Of a DNA stretch of 64,000 nt, positions 42,712 through 52,452 are shown in pieces. The DNA lies in assembly GCA_963792585.1 (NCBI GenBank), contig CAWBWI010000001.1, positions 704,001 to 768,000 of the forward strand, given 5' to 3'. Position 1 is the stretch's first letter, and the number at the start of each line of letters is the position of its first letter. The notes beneath the pieces were generated by a model. The model had not been told where the DNA came from. It searched no databases and saw only the letters and a list, made by a program, of their open reading frames with translations. The stretch is from Candidatus Eiseniibacteriota bacterium (GTDB taxonomy: Bacteria; Eisenbacteria; RBG-16-71-46; CAIMUX01; VGJL01). A program made the position numbers and the translations under genes.

Positions 42712-44582
42712 ATGCTCAGACGTTCGGAACCCAGAAGGATCGGCCACCCCCGTGCCCGCGGTCTGGTGGTGTGGTTGGTCCTGATGTCGATTCCGCTCAT
42801 GGCATTCGCCGCGAAGAAGAGCTACCGGTATGAAGACGATCCCAATCGGCTCGGCATGAAGGCCGTCGATGAAAGTCGCTTCGATGATGCTCAGAAGTAC
42901 TTCGACGAGGCGATCGCAAATGAGTACCAGGTCTACAAGGCTCACTACGGTCTTGCCCAGATCAAGGCGATTCAGGGCGGCTATGGCGATGCGGAACCGC
43001 TCTACCGCCTGGCCCTGATGGAGAAGAACCAGGAGACGGGCTCCCCTGACTATCCGGAATGCCATGCGAGCCTCGGGCTCGTGCTATTGCGGCTGGGACG
43101 GGACGCCGAAGCGAAGCAGGAATTCGACCTGGCCCTGCGCGAGAAGGGGAACGTCTGGGAGGCCCAATACGGGATGGCCCGGGTGCTCATCCTCGAGCAG
43201 AAGTACGACGATGCGGCCAAGCTGCTGGAGAAGGGGTCGAAGAAGAAGGGGAAGCTCGACGGCGAGGACTACTACCGGTACGGAATGGCGCTGGTGCAGA
43301 TGGCCCAAGGAGACCTTCCGGCGGCGGAGAAGAACGCCCTGGCCGCGCTCAACCTGAATCCGAGCGACCCGGACTATGGGACGCTCGTGGCGGAGATCTA
43401 CACCCAGCGGGGCGTTCCGACCCTTGCGATCGAGGCCTACGAGAAGGCTCTCGCAACACCCGGAGTGCGGATCACGGCGCCAATTCGCCACAGCCTCGGT
43501 CTCCTCTATCAGAAGGAAGCGATCACCAATCGCGATCAGGCCATGTTCGGAAAGGCGCGCGATCAATATCAGGAAGCGGCAAAGATCGACTCCACCTTTG
43601 CGCCCGCCTGGAAGGACCTTGCCGACCTCATGCTGCTGGCCAAGCGCTACGAGGATGCGGCGGGCGGCTACCTCCGATACAGCAACTTGCGGAGGGATGA
43701 CCCCGCGGGATTCCTCGGTTTCGCCGAGGCGGCGCTCAAGCTTCGTGGCTACTCCAAGCCGGCGTACGAGGCGGCGCAGCAGGCCTTCCGGCTCGACAGC
43801 ACAACGGTCCGCAGCAGGCTGATCCTGGCCCGTTCCGCTTTCCAGGCGAAGGACCGGGGGGCCGCGGCGCGGGTCTACGGAACGGTCACGGACTCCACGC
43901 AGTTCGAAGCAAACGACTACCTGGCCATCGGCCAGATGAAACTCGAACAGAAGGACTTCGCGGCGGCCGACCGCGCGCTCATGAAGTCGGTGGCGATGGA
44001 CTCGACTCTTGCCGACGCGTACTTCTCGCTTGGCTTGCTGGATCTCAATCAGCAGAAGCCGGATTCCGCGTTGGTGCACTTCCAGAAGTCCGTGGAGCTC
44101 GCGCCCAACAACATGGGCGGCTGGCTCAACAAGGGGATCGCCAGCTTGCAGCTGAAGCAGAACAAGGATGCCGTAGCTTCGCTTCGCAGGGCCACGCAAC
44201 TCGCTCCGGACTTTGCGCAAGCGCGCGTCTACTTGGGCAACGCCCTTCTACAGGTCGATTCCCTCACGGCGGCCAGCGTCGAATTCAAGGTCGCTAGAGA
44301 GAAGGACCCCAAAACCAGGGGGCTTTGCGGGGACTCGCTTTCTGCTACCTTAAGCGAGGCGACTACGGACAGGCTGTTTCCGTGATGAAGGATGCTACGA
44401 CCGCCGACCCCAGCAACGCTGACAATTGGATGATGTTGGGTCGGGCTCTCGTGGGGAACGGGAACAACGCCGGAGCGATCGATGCCTTCAAGAAAGTGCT
44501 GGAGTTGAAGCCGGACAACAAGGATGCGAAGGATGCGATTGCCATCCTGACCGGGGCCAACAAGAGCGCGGGCGGCAAGTAG
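42712..44582 (+). CDS. Secreted tetratricopeptide-repeat protein (frameshift near 44320)
   Basis: Signal peptide, many TPRs; continues in ORF 44325..44582 (RGLAFCYL..AIDAFKKVLELKPDNKDA). Confidence 0.88.
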
Positions 44583-44615
44583 GAAGCGTCGGACCAAGAG
44601 GAGAGGGTTGAAAGC

Positions 44616-44966
44616 ATGACCTTGGACGTGGAGAAGCGCGGCGATGTTCATATCCTCAAACCTCGAAAGGACCTGAGCGGCGGAGAGGAGACGAGGGAGA
44701 TCGAGAAGGCGATTCAAGACATCATCGCTCAAGGGCCGCCGCATGTCGTCATCGACCTAGGGAAGGTCTCCTATGTGAACAGCACCGGCCTGGGGTCTCT
44801 CGTAGCGGCACACACGAGTTGTCGAAACCGTGAGGGCTGGCTTCGGCTGGCACAGATCGGCAAGAGAATCAAGAACCTGTTCCTGATCACGAAGTTGGCG
44901 TTTGTTTTCGAGACTTTCGATAGCGTCGATGAGGCCATCGAAGGCAAGGACCGCGGAGAAAAGTGA
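44616..44966 (+). CDS. STAS-domain anti-sigma factor antagonist
   Basis: VVIDLGKVSYVNSTGLGSLV (phosphoacceptor Ser), IKNLFLITKL..VFE.FDSVDEA. Confidence 0.92.
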   Translation: MTLDVEKRGDVHILKPRKDLSGGEETREIEKAIQDIIAQGPPHVVIDLGKVSYVNSTGLGSLVAAHTSCRNREGWLRLAQIGKRIKNLFLITKLAFVFETFDSVDEAIEGKDRGEK

Positions 44967-44992
44967 GCTAAGAGCTTAGCCGGAGGATTCAA

Positions 44993-45721
44993 ATGAAGGG
45001 TTACGTGTTCATCCCCATCCTGATCGTCTCGTTGCTGATCTCCCTGGCGATCTACCAGTACCTTTTGCCGGAGTTCATCAAGCTCGGCGGCTACCTTGTC
45101 CCGTTCCTCTTGATGCTCTCGATGCTCCTGCTCACGTTCATCGTCGAGAGGTTGATCACCTTGAAGAAGGCACAGGGACGCGGCGATTTCAGCGGGTTCT
45201 CCCGGGCCCTCAAGAAGTCGATCGACAGTGGGAAGATGGATGACGCCATCAATGTCTGTCGCAAGCAGGGCGGCTGCTTGGCCAATGTCGTGGGCGCCGG
45301 CCTCGAGCGCTTCAGCCAGTTGAGCAAGGCCAATCTCGAGAAGGACGAGGTCGTCGATGAGACGCGTCGCGCGATCGAAGAGGCCAACGCCCTCGAAACC
45401 CCCTTGCTCGAGCGAAATCTGATCGCCCTCTCGACGATCGCCTCGATCGCGACGATGGTCGGTCTGCTCGGCACCACGATCGGCATGATCCGCTCGTTCA
45501 AGGCGATGGGGCACGCGGGCGCCCCGGACGCGATCCAGCTGGCGGTCGGGATCTCCGAGGCGCTCATCAACACGGCCGGCGGCCTCATCATCGCTATCCT
45601 CGGAATCATCATGTACAACTTCTTCACCAACAAGGTGGACAGCTTCAACTACCAGATGGATGAGACTTCCTACGAGGTGATGGAGCTCCTGCGGCACCAG
45701 AAGGAAAGGGGCAATGTCTAA
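44993..45721 (+). CDS. exbB: MotA/TolQ/ExbB proton channel
   Basis: LSTIASIATMVGLLGTTIGMI.SF, GISEALINTAGG. Confidence 0.93.
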   Translation: MKGYVFIPILIVSLLISLAIYQYLLPEFIKLGGYLVPFLLMLSMLLLTFIVERLITLKKAQGRGDFSGFSRALKKSIDSGKMDDAINVCRKQGGCLANVVGAGLERFSQLSKANLEKDEVVDETRRAIEEANALETPLLERNLIALSTIASIATMVGLLGTTIGMIRSFKAMGHAGAPDAIQLAVGISEALINTAGGLIIAILGIIMYNFFTNKVDSFNYQMDETSYEVMELLRHQKERGNV

Positions 45722-46160
45722 GCGGCACGCCAAGCGGATCGCGGTCCGCATCGACATGACCCCAATGGTCGACGTGGCGTTCCTGCTGCTGATCTTCTTC
45801 ATGTCGACGACCCAGTTCAAGCCGCCGGAGGAGGTCGCCGTCGTCCTGCCGGCGTCGAGTTCGGAGATCAAGGTCCCGGAGACGGGAATCATCGTGATCA
45901 CGGTCAACAAGAGCGGCAAGATCTTCATCGGGGACGAGTCCGGACAGGCGGGAGAAGTGCCGAAGGACGACATCATGAACGCCATCGTCACGGCCCGCAG
46001 CCGCCGACCCACTGCGCGTGTGATCGTCAAGGGCGACAAGGATGCCCAATACGGCTTGATCGCCGACGTGATGGATGCTCTTCAGAATACGCAGACCAAC
46101 CGGTTCAACTTGATGACCGAGTTGAAGACCACGTCGGGTCCGAAGCAGAAGGAGAACTGA
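45714..46160 (+). CDS. exbD: Biopolymer transporter ExbD/TolR
   Basis: IDMTPMVDVAFLLLIFFM, IVKGDKDAQYG. Confidence 0.93.
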   Translation: MSKRHAKRIAVRIDMTPMVDVAFLLLIFFMSTTQFKPPEEVAVVLPASSSEIKVPETGIIVITVNKSGKIFIGDESGQAGEVPKDDIMNAIVTARSRRPTARVIVKGDKDAQYGLIADVMDALQNTQTNRFNLMTELKTTSGPKQKEN

Positions 46161-46164
46161 GCCC

Positions 46165-46659
46165 ATGGCGGGCATGGACGCAGCAGAACCTAAAGAACGG
46201 AAGAAGGGTTCGGGCTTACGGCGGCAGAAGCGGCGCGTCAGCATCCGAATTGACATGACGCCGATGGTCGACATCGCCTTCCTTCTGCTCATCTTCTTCA
46301 TGGTGACGACGGTCTTTCGCAAGCCCCAGGCGATGGAGGTCAACCTCCCGCCGGCCGGCGTGACGGTTCAGGTCCCTGAGTCGAACGTCATCACACTCTT
46401 CGTTCGGGCTGATGAGCGGATCTATTTCCGGAAGGCGACGGGGCCCCTGGAGTCGACGGCGATGAAGGATCTCGTGCAGTTCTTCACGGATGAGCACCGG
46501 CTCAACCCCGAGCTGATCGTCCTCGTCAAGGTTCATCGGGAAGCGCGCTATGAGACGATGGTCGACGTGATGGACGAACTCGAGCTTGCCGATATGAGCC
46601 GATTCAGCCTCGTGCCGATGCAGCCCGAGGATGTGAAGGAAGTGGAGGCTCTTCCATGA
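46165..46659 (+). CDS. exbD: Biopolymer transporter ExbD/TolR (second copy)
   Basis: IDMTPMVDIAFLLLIFFM, ARYETMVDVMDEL. Confidence 0.93.
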   Translation: MAGMDAAEPKERKKGSGLRRQKRRVSIRIDMTPMVDIAFLLLIFFMVTTVFRKPQAMEVNLPPAGVTVQVPESNVITLFVRADERIYFRKATGPLESTAMKDLVQFFTDEHRLNPELIVLVKVHREARYETMVDVMDELELADMSRFSLVPMQPEDVKEVEALP

Positions 46660-47417
46660 CGAAGGCTCCGAAGACCTACGTCACCGGGTTCGAGCACGCG
46701 GAGCACCTACCGGTCACGGGAGAATTGCATCCACTTCGGATCAGGTCGCGGCGCTTCACATTCTGGGCGACCGGCGTTGCCACGGCGTTTCACCTCGTTG
46801 CCTTCGGCGGCTGGTTCATCGCCCGCAACATGCAGAAGGAACCGGAGCGCCCTCGTGAGGTCAGAATCGTGAAGTACACCGAACTCGGAGTGCCGCCCTC
46901 GATCGCTGCGGATGCACCCCAAGCTGTGCAGGTCGCCGCGGCGGTGGCGCCTCCTTCACTCGGTGTTCCGGAACCGGTGCCGGATTTCCAGGCAACGACC
47001 AGCACGATCGCGACCCAGGACCAGCTCGCCCAGATGTTGACCCCGACGAGTCTGTCCAACCTCGACGGCGGGGGAGGAGACTCCCTCGTGGTCGATATCC
47101 CCACGGGAGACGCCGGCGGAGACAACCCGTCTCCGGACGACTTCGTGGCCGTGGAGGAGATGCCCGTTCTGATCTCCATGCCGCCGCCTGTCTACCCTGA
47201 CATGGCGCGGCAAGCGGAGGTTGAGGGAACCGTCATGGTCCGCGCGTTGGTGGGTAAGGACGGGAAGGTCCAGGACGCCTTCGTGACCGAAGGCATCCCG
47301 ATGCTCAACGATGCTGCCGTCGCGGCGTCGAAGAAGGCGGTGTTCAAACCCGCCCTCCAGCAACACAAACCCGTCGCGGTTTGGGTCCAGATCCCGATGC
47401 GCTTCACTCTCAACTGA
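46656..47417 (+). CDS. tonB: Energy transducer TonB
   Basis: TM with His, Pro-rich linker, VEEMP..YPDMARQAEVEGTV..VGKDGKV..FKPA..PV. Confidence 0.92.
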   Translation: MTKAPKTYVTGFEHAEHLPVTGELHPLRIRSRRFTFWATGVATAFHLVAFGGWFIARNMQKEPERPREVRIVKYTELGVPPSIAADAPQAVQVAAAVAPPSLGVPEPVPDFQATTSTIATQDQLAQMLTPTSLSNLDGGGGDSLVVDIPTGDAGGDNPSPDDFVAVEEMPVLISMPPPVYPDMARQAEVEGTVMVRALVGKDGKVQDAFVTEGIPMLNDAAVAASKKAVFKPALQQHKPVAVWVQIPMRFTLN

Positions 47418-47444
47418 CCCTACGAATCCTCGTCAAGCTCTACG

Positions 47445-47477
47445 GGCCCCGAATCCAGACAGGATTCGGGGCCTTCT
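47445..47477 (+). terminator. Hairpin after tonB
   Basis: GGCCCCGAATCC..GGATTCGGGGCC followed by TTCT. Confidence 0.6.
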
Positions 47478-47565
47478 CCGTCGGTTGGATGGCTCGAAGC
47501 TCCATCGAGGCGTTGCGTCCGGCGCCGCAGCCGCATATGCTGTCGGCCCGAGAAGGGGGAGCCAT

Positions 47566-48111
47566 ATGTCCATCCTGATCGATGTCGGACTGGCCGCCGT
47601 GGTCGTCCTCAGCCTCCTGGCCGGGATCAAGACCGGTCTGGTGGACTCCGTGTTCTCTCTGGCCTCATGGGTCGTGGGGGGACTGGTCGCATTCCGAGCA
47701 TCGGCGCCCATTCTCTCGCACCTCCCGGACCGGTTTCAGGCGATCCCCGGGGCTGTCGTACTGACCGGCGTTCTCCTATTCCTGGCGACCTACTTCGTCA
47801 TCCGGAGCATCGGGACCCTCGCAAGCGGAAGTTCGAAGGGGGGTTCGAGTGGATTGGATCGATTCTCCGGAACCATCTTCGGCGTGGTGCGGGGGGTCTT
47901 CCTCGCTGCTGCGGTGGCCTGTTTCCTCGTCGGCTATCTTCCCCACGATTCCCGGATGATCCGTGGAAGCCGGGCCCTTCCGATCCTGGCGCCGGCGGGG
48001 CGCATCGTTGCCGGGCTCGCGCCCGGAGCGATCCGCACGCGCATGGATCGCGGCTGGGCCCGCCTCCAGGCCGAGCCCCGACCTCCGGCAGGTGGGGCGG
48101 TCGAAGCCTAG
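47566..48111 (+). CDS. cvpA: CvpA (colicin V production) family protein
   Basis: LID......SLL.G.K.GL....SL, LDRFSG.IFG..RG, S...P motifs. Confidence 0.82.
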   Translation: MSILIDVGLAAVVVLSLLAGIKTGLVDSVFSLASWVVGGLVAFRASAPILSHLPDRFQAIPGAVVLTGVLLFLATYFVIRSIGTLASGSSKGGSSGLDRFSGTIFGVVRGVFLAAAVACFLVGYLPHDSRMIRGSRALPILAPAGRIVAGLAPGAIRTRMDRGWARLQAEPRPPAGGAVEA

Positions 48112-49337
48112 GTTCGGTTCCCTGCTCCGGTCGGCGGAGTCGTTCGCGCCCGGAGATCCACGAAGCTGCGGATCATCGCGGCGGCCGGCACCGCGATGAC
48201 GACCCCGATCGGTCCAAGAACCGCGCCGAAGACGAGCACCGATATCAGCGTCAACGCCGGGTTCAATCCGACCGCGTGACCGACGATGCGTGGAGAGAGC
48301 ACCTGCCCTTCGATCACCTGTTCGACGGCGAAGACAATCGCCAAGCGCAGCAGGAGTGTCCCCGGCTCGGCGGAGAGGATGGCCGAGGCCACACAGAGTA
48401 CGACAACTGTCCAGAAGCCGAGCACAGGAATCAAGTTGAGCAATCCCGCCAGGAATCCCAGTGGAATCGCATACGGCAGGCCGATGATGAGGAACCCGAC
48501 CGTCAAGAGCACACCAACCGCGAGGGCCACGAGCACCTGCCCGCGATAATAGGCGCTGATCGTCCCCTCGATGATGCCGAACCATTCGGCCGCTTGCGCG
48601 CGCCGGTCGGTTGGAATCCGGTCCCGGATCCAGAGCGTCAGCTTGTCGAAGTCCGCAAGCATGTAGTAGGTGAGGATCGGGGCCAGGACCGCCATCGCGA
48701 GGACGCTCAGCACCGCGCCGATTCCCTTGGTAACTCCGGCAGCGCCCCCCCAAACCCCTTTCAAGATCGTCTCGAGGTGCCCCGAGACGGGCCTGAGCCA
48801 TGTCGTCAGGTCGGGTGCCTGCGAGTCCGGGATGAAACGGGAAATGAGGGGAAGCAAGCGCTCGTAGGCCGTGTTGAGAGCGCCGGGAAGCGCCCGGAAG
48901 AGGGTCCCCAGCTGCTCGATCATCGGGGGAAGCATGAAGAGCACGAAGACCGCGCCGATCACGAGGACCGGGAGAATGGCGATGAGGGAGCCGACGCTCC
49001 GAGGGACCCGCCGCCTCTCCAGACGGTCAACGATCGGGTCCAGCCAGTACGCCACGAGCAAACCTACCAGGAGGGGATAGACAACCATCCGCGACTTGTG
49101 GAGAATCCAGAGCGATCCAAGCAACCCCAGCAAGGCGAGGATCTGCCGGGCCCACGGCTGCCTGCGGGCAGGCCATGTGAGGGTCGCTGCCGCCGCGATC
49201 AGGGCGATCAGCCCCAGTTCGCGGAAGAGGGTCCAGAGCAGCAACAGCAGAACGCCGCCGATGAGCAAACCCGGGATGCTCAGGATCGTGGGCGGTCCCG
49301 ATGGGGACGAGTCAGGGGAGGGATGGTCCTGTGTCAT
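48108..49337 (-). CDS. AI-2E family transporter
   Basis: AYWLDPIVDRLE, YYRGQ, NLIPVLG, EGQVLSPRIVG..VGLNP, G..G...AVP. Confidence 0.9.
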   Translation of the reverse strand: MTQDHPSPDSSPSGPPTILSIPGLLIGGVLLLLLWTLFRELGLIALIAAAATLTWPARRQPWARQILALLGLLGSLWILHKSRMVVYPLLVGLLVAYWLDPIVDRLERRRVPRSVGSLIAILPVLVIGAVFVLFMLPPMIEQLGTLFRALPGALNTAYERLLPLISRFIPDSQAPDLTTWLRPVSGHLETILKGVWGGAAGVTKGIGAVLSVLAMAVLAPILTYYMLADFDKLTLWIRDRIPTDRRAQAAEWFGIIEGTISAYYRGQVLVALAVGVLLTVGFLIIGLPYAIPLGFLAGLLNLIPVLGFWTVVVLCVASAILSAEPGTLLLRLAIVFAVEQVIEGQVLSPRIVGHAVGLNPALTLISVLVFGAVLGPIGVVIAVPAAAMIRSFVDLRARTTPPTGAGNRT

Positions 49338-49864
49338 TTCACTTCGTTCGAACCCGCGTCGACATAGCCCTGGCGAGCGCGCCGTGGCCGGAGGCGGATG
49401 CCCTCATCCTGCCGACGAACGATTATCTCTGGATGGCGACCGGTCCCGCGCTCGAAACCAAGAAGCTCGCCGGTGAGGAGGCCGAACTTGCCGCAGTTCG
49501 TCTGGGACCGATTCCGCCGGGCCAGGTGGTCATTGCCCCCGCGGGCTCTCTCCCGCTGGCCGGGATCATCCATACGGCCGTCATGGGTCAGGATCTGCAC
49601 GTCGACGGCCCGCTGGCCGCTCAGGCCCTGGCCCAAGCCGTGAAGCTTGCGGCTGACCGCAAGTGGAGCCGGCTTCTCATCCACTCGATTCAGGCGACCG
49701 GGCGCGGGACCCGTCCCGAAGTTCTTCGCGGGGCGCTCTCGGCCATCGTCGACATCTTCCTCGACGAGACCCCCGTGCGCAGCGTGACCCTCCTGGTTGA
49801 GAACGAGGCCGAGCGGTCCGTTCTCCACGAGGCGATGATGCGGCTCGTTCAGGGGCATCCTTAG
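49331..49864 (+). CDS. Macro-domain-like protein (degenerate)
   Basis: DALILPTNDYLWMATG, GPIPPGQVVI.PAG.L...IIHTAVMGQD; start uncertain. Confidence 0.7.
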   Translation: MSFHFVRTRVDIALASAPWPEADALILPTNDYLWMATGPALETKKLAGEEAELAAVRLGPIPPGQVVIAPAGSLPLAGIIHTAVMGQDLHVDGPLAAQALAQAVKLAADRKWSRLLIHSIQATGRGTRPEVLRGALSAIVDIFLDETPVRSVTLLVENEAERSVLHEAMMRLVQGHP

Positions 49865-50619
49865 GTCCGCACGGTCATCGAATTCCCGAGCGCCGCCAGT
49901 CCCAATCGTACAAGCCACCAGACCACCCATATTCCGACGACCGCGGTTGTCGCCTTGCTCTTGGACGTACCGGTGACCACCTGCACACCCACGATGAGAA
50001 CCGCGATGGTCCAGATGTCGAAGACGCTCAGTACGCCCGCGAACTTGCGTCCGGCCGAATCCGCGGGGAAGAACGCTCCGGGGCCGAAGGTGATGTCCAG
50101 CTTCGCGGAGACGCGCGCGATGATGGTGAAGAGAACGCTCTCCACGGCGCGTGGCGCCCACCCAAGGCACCCGACGAACCAGAGCAGGGCGAACTTGGCG
50201 GTGCCTCCCATCATGAAATTGAGAACGAGGAGTAGGGCGGCGGCGAGAATAAGGTTCAACACCAGGACGCTCAGGACCGATCCGAGAAGCATCCAAATCC
50301 GTAGGGCGCCCGCGCCGCTGAACTTGTCCATGCGCTCGAGCGCCTGTTCCTTCTGCTCCGCGGACATCTGGGGATCGTCCTGGATCTTCGCCCGAACGCT
50401 GGACTGCTGTTCCTGGGTCTGCTTGACCACGAGGTCGTGGAGGAGCAGGCCGCTCGTGATCTGGACGAGGATCACGATGAGAAGGGGGACGAGCCAGGCG
50501 TTTCGGTTGGCCGGGAGCGCAAAGGCTCGCGGCGAGACGGCCAAGGCGCTGGTGAAGCGGGAGATCGGTGACGGTGGGGTTCCGCCCGCCCCCACGTCCG
50601 AAGGGTAACTGGATGCCAT
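49861..50619 (-). CDS. Yip1 family membrane protein
   Basis: SPRAF..W..PL N-terminus, helical loop MSAEQ.EQA, five TMs; RBS GGAGGG. Confidence 0.8.
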   Translation of the reverse strand: MASSYPSDVGAGGTPPSPISRFTSALAVSPRAFALPANRNAWLVPLLIVILVQITSGLLLHDLVVKQTQEQQSSVRAKIQDDPQMSAEQKEQALERMDKFSGAGALRIWMLLGSVLSVLVLNLILAAALLLVLNFMMGGTAKFALLWFVGCLGWAPRAVESVLFTIIARVSAKLDITFGPGAFFPADSAGRKFAGVLSVFDIWTIAVLIVGVQVVTGTSKSKATTAVVGIWVVWWLVRLGLAALGNSMTVRT

Positions 50620-50840
50620 GATGGGCCCTCCTGAGGCGCCGGCCCAGCCCGGCGCGCGGCCCGAGAATCCCGTTGAATTGCGAGCCTGTCAATCGCTACT
50701 TGGGATTGGAGTTGGATGGACTAGAGAAGGTGACGTAATCGTTTGTTGACAAGTCGCCAGAAGGTGCGAGAATTAGGAACAAGCCGCTCGAGCCCATATG
50801 CGGGGCATCTCCGACGGGGATGCGGCGAGGAGGCATCGTC

Positions 50841-51503
50841 GTGGCAATCACCTGGAGCAGGCGTTTCGCTCTATGCGTTGTAATATTAATGACCTCAACC
50901 AGCTGGGCGGGGGCTGCTTCGTTCTTCGACTTCTATGGTTTCGACTACTTGGATGGTCCGCCCCTCTCCGTCGGCACCGTGCTCTCCATCCCAATGTTGT
51001 TCGATCCTGTTCAACCGGATCCGGCCTTACCCCTGGATCTGGAAGGGAATGAATACACTGTGTTTGTCGGAGACCTCCAGATCAACGATGTCCAGTCCTC
51101 CGGAGGGGTCGTGATCGTGACTTTCTCGGGAGGCTTCATCCAGATCTTCGAGGACCCGGCGAAGAACTCACAGTGGACCATCGATCCGCCCAATCCGCAG
51201 GTCCCGACCACGTTCACAGACGGGACCCTGATCCTGGGAGGCGGCTTCACGGACTGCGTGATGATCTTCGACGTCGTATTCGAAACGGGGACTGTCCAGG
51301 GTCATGTCGACTTCACGACCGGGACACGTCTCGACGAACTCGATGCTCCGACCGGCTGGCTCTTCTACGGCGGGGTGACCACGAACCCCCTCGCAGGCAT
51401 CCCGTCCGGCTACGAGATGGCATGGGATCCGCAACTGATGGGTCCCGAGACTGTCCCGACGCACGCCACCACATGGGGCAAGGTTCGGGGGCTGTTCCGA
51501 TAG
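50841..51503 (+). CDS. Secreted protein with C-terminal VPTHATTWGKVRGLFR tail
   Basis: AGGAGG RBS, GTG start, signal peptide; core homologous to the downstream PEP-CTERM protein. Confidence 0.8.
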   Translation: MAITWSRRFALCVVILMTSTSWAGAASFFDFYGFDYLDGPPLSVGTVLSIPMLFDPVQPDPALPLDLEGNEYTVFVGDLQINDVQSSGGVVIVTFSGGFIQIFEDPAKNSQWTIDPPNPQVPTTFTDGTLILGGGFTDCVMIFDVVFETGTVQGHVDFTTGTRLDELDAPTGWLFYGGVTTNPLAGIPSGYEMAWDPQLMGPETVPTHATTWGKVRGLFR

Positions 51504-51564
51504 GGGCCGCTCCCGGGCGGACCTCCGACCGGAAGCGACTCGGCCAGAAGCCAAGGAGTATTCC

Positions 51565-52260
51565 ATGAAGAAATCGAACCGGAGCTGGATCCTGGTGTGT
51601 GCGGCACTCATCGCTTTCGCCGGAACCGCCGGTCCCGCGATAGCGTTTCCTCTGGTGATGGACTATACGGGATTCACGTGGAGCACCTACACCGGGGGCC
51701 AGTGGCATTTCGACGCCGTCGGGGTGTTGGACAACTTCTCCCCGGCCGTCGGAATTCCCGGGGAGACGTATACCTACTACCTCTCCAACCTGGCGCTCAA
51801 CTCGGACCAGGACTTGGGCTCCGGACTTCACCGTCGCATGTACGGGGGAGGCGAGTTCAGGATCTACGAATCGACGTCACCGGCGGACCGGCCCTACAAC
51901 TACGGCATCAATCCGCCCAACCCGACCGCTCCCGCGACCTTCACCGACGGAAACTACTGGCTTGGCGGAGAATTCTCGAGCTTCTCGCTGCTCATCGACA
52001 CGACGCGCGGCCTCGCCACCGCGACGGGACAGGGAAGCTACGTCGGGGGCAGCTACTATCAGAATCTCTCCGACACCGACCTGTTCACGTTTGCGGGGCT
52101 AACCAGGAACGATCAGGCCGGCATCCCGGTCGGCTACGAGTACGCCATCGACGGCCAGGTCAGCGCCGCTGTAACCCCCGTGCCCGAACCGTCCACGCTG
52201 GTCCTGCTCGGCACGGGTTTGCTCGGACTTTGCGCTCGCTTGCGTCCGTCCAAGAAATAG
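51565..52260 (+). CDS. PEP-CTERM sorting-domain protein
   Basis: Signal peptide; C-terminal VPEPSTLVLLGTGLLGLCARLRPSKK. Confidence 0.93.
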   Translation: MKKSNRSWILVCAALIAFAGTAGPAIAFPLVMDYTGFTWSTYTGGQWHFDAVGVLDNFSPAVGIPGETYTYYLSNLALNSDQDLGSGLHRRMYGGGEFRIYESTSPADRPYNYGINPPNPTAPATFTDGNYWLGGEFSSFSLLIDTTRGLATATGQGSYVGGSYYQNLSDTDLFTFAGLTRNDQAGIPVGYEYAIDGQVSAAVTPVPEPSTLVLLGTGLLGLCARLRPSKK

Positions 52261-52280
52261 CCTAAGAAGCAGATATCCAG

Positions 52281-52320
52281 GCGGGGAGACCTCCGAAGGG
52301 GCCTCCCCGCATTTCTTTGT
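52281..52320 (+). terminator. Intrinsic terminator after the PEP-CTERM gene
   Basis: GCGGGGAG..CTCCCCGC followed by ATTTCTTTGT. Confidence 0.75.
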
Positions 52321-52452
52321 TCCGGAAGAGCGCCTAATAGCTCGACCGGGCCCGCTCCAATGCCGATACTATCGAGGCTCCCGGTACGACCCGGGACGGA
52401 GATCCTCGGAGAGGGCTCCCGGGCGGTCACGGTCGGTCAGGGAGGATCTTGC

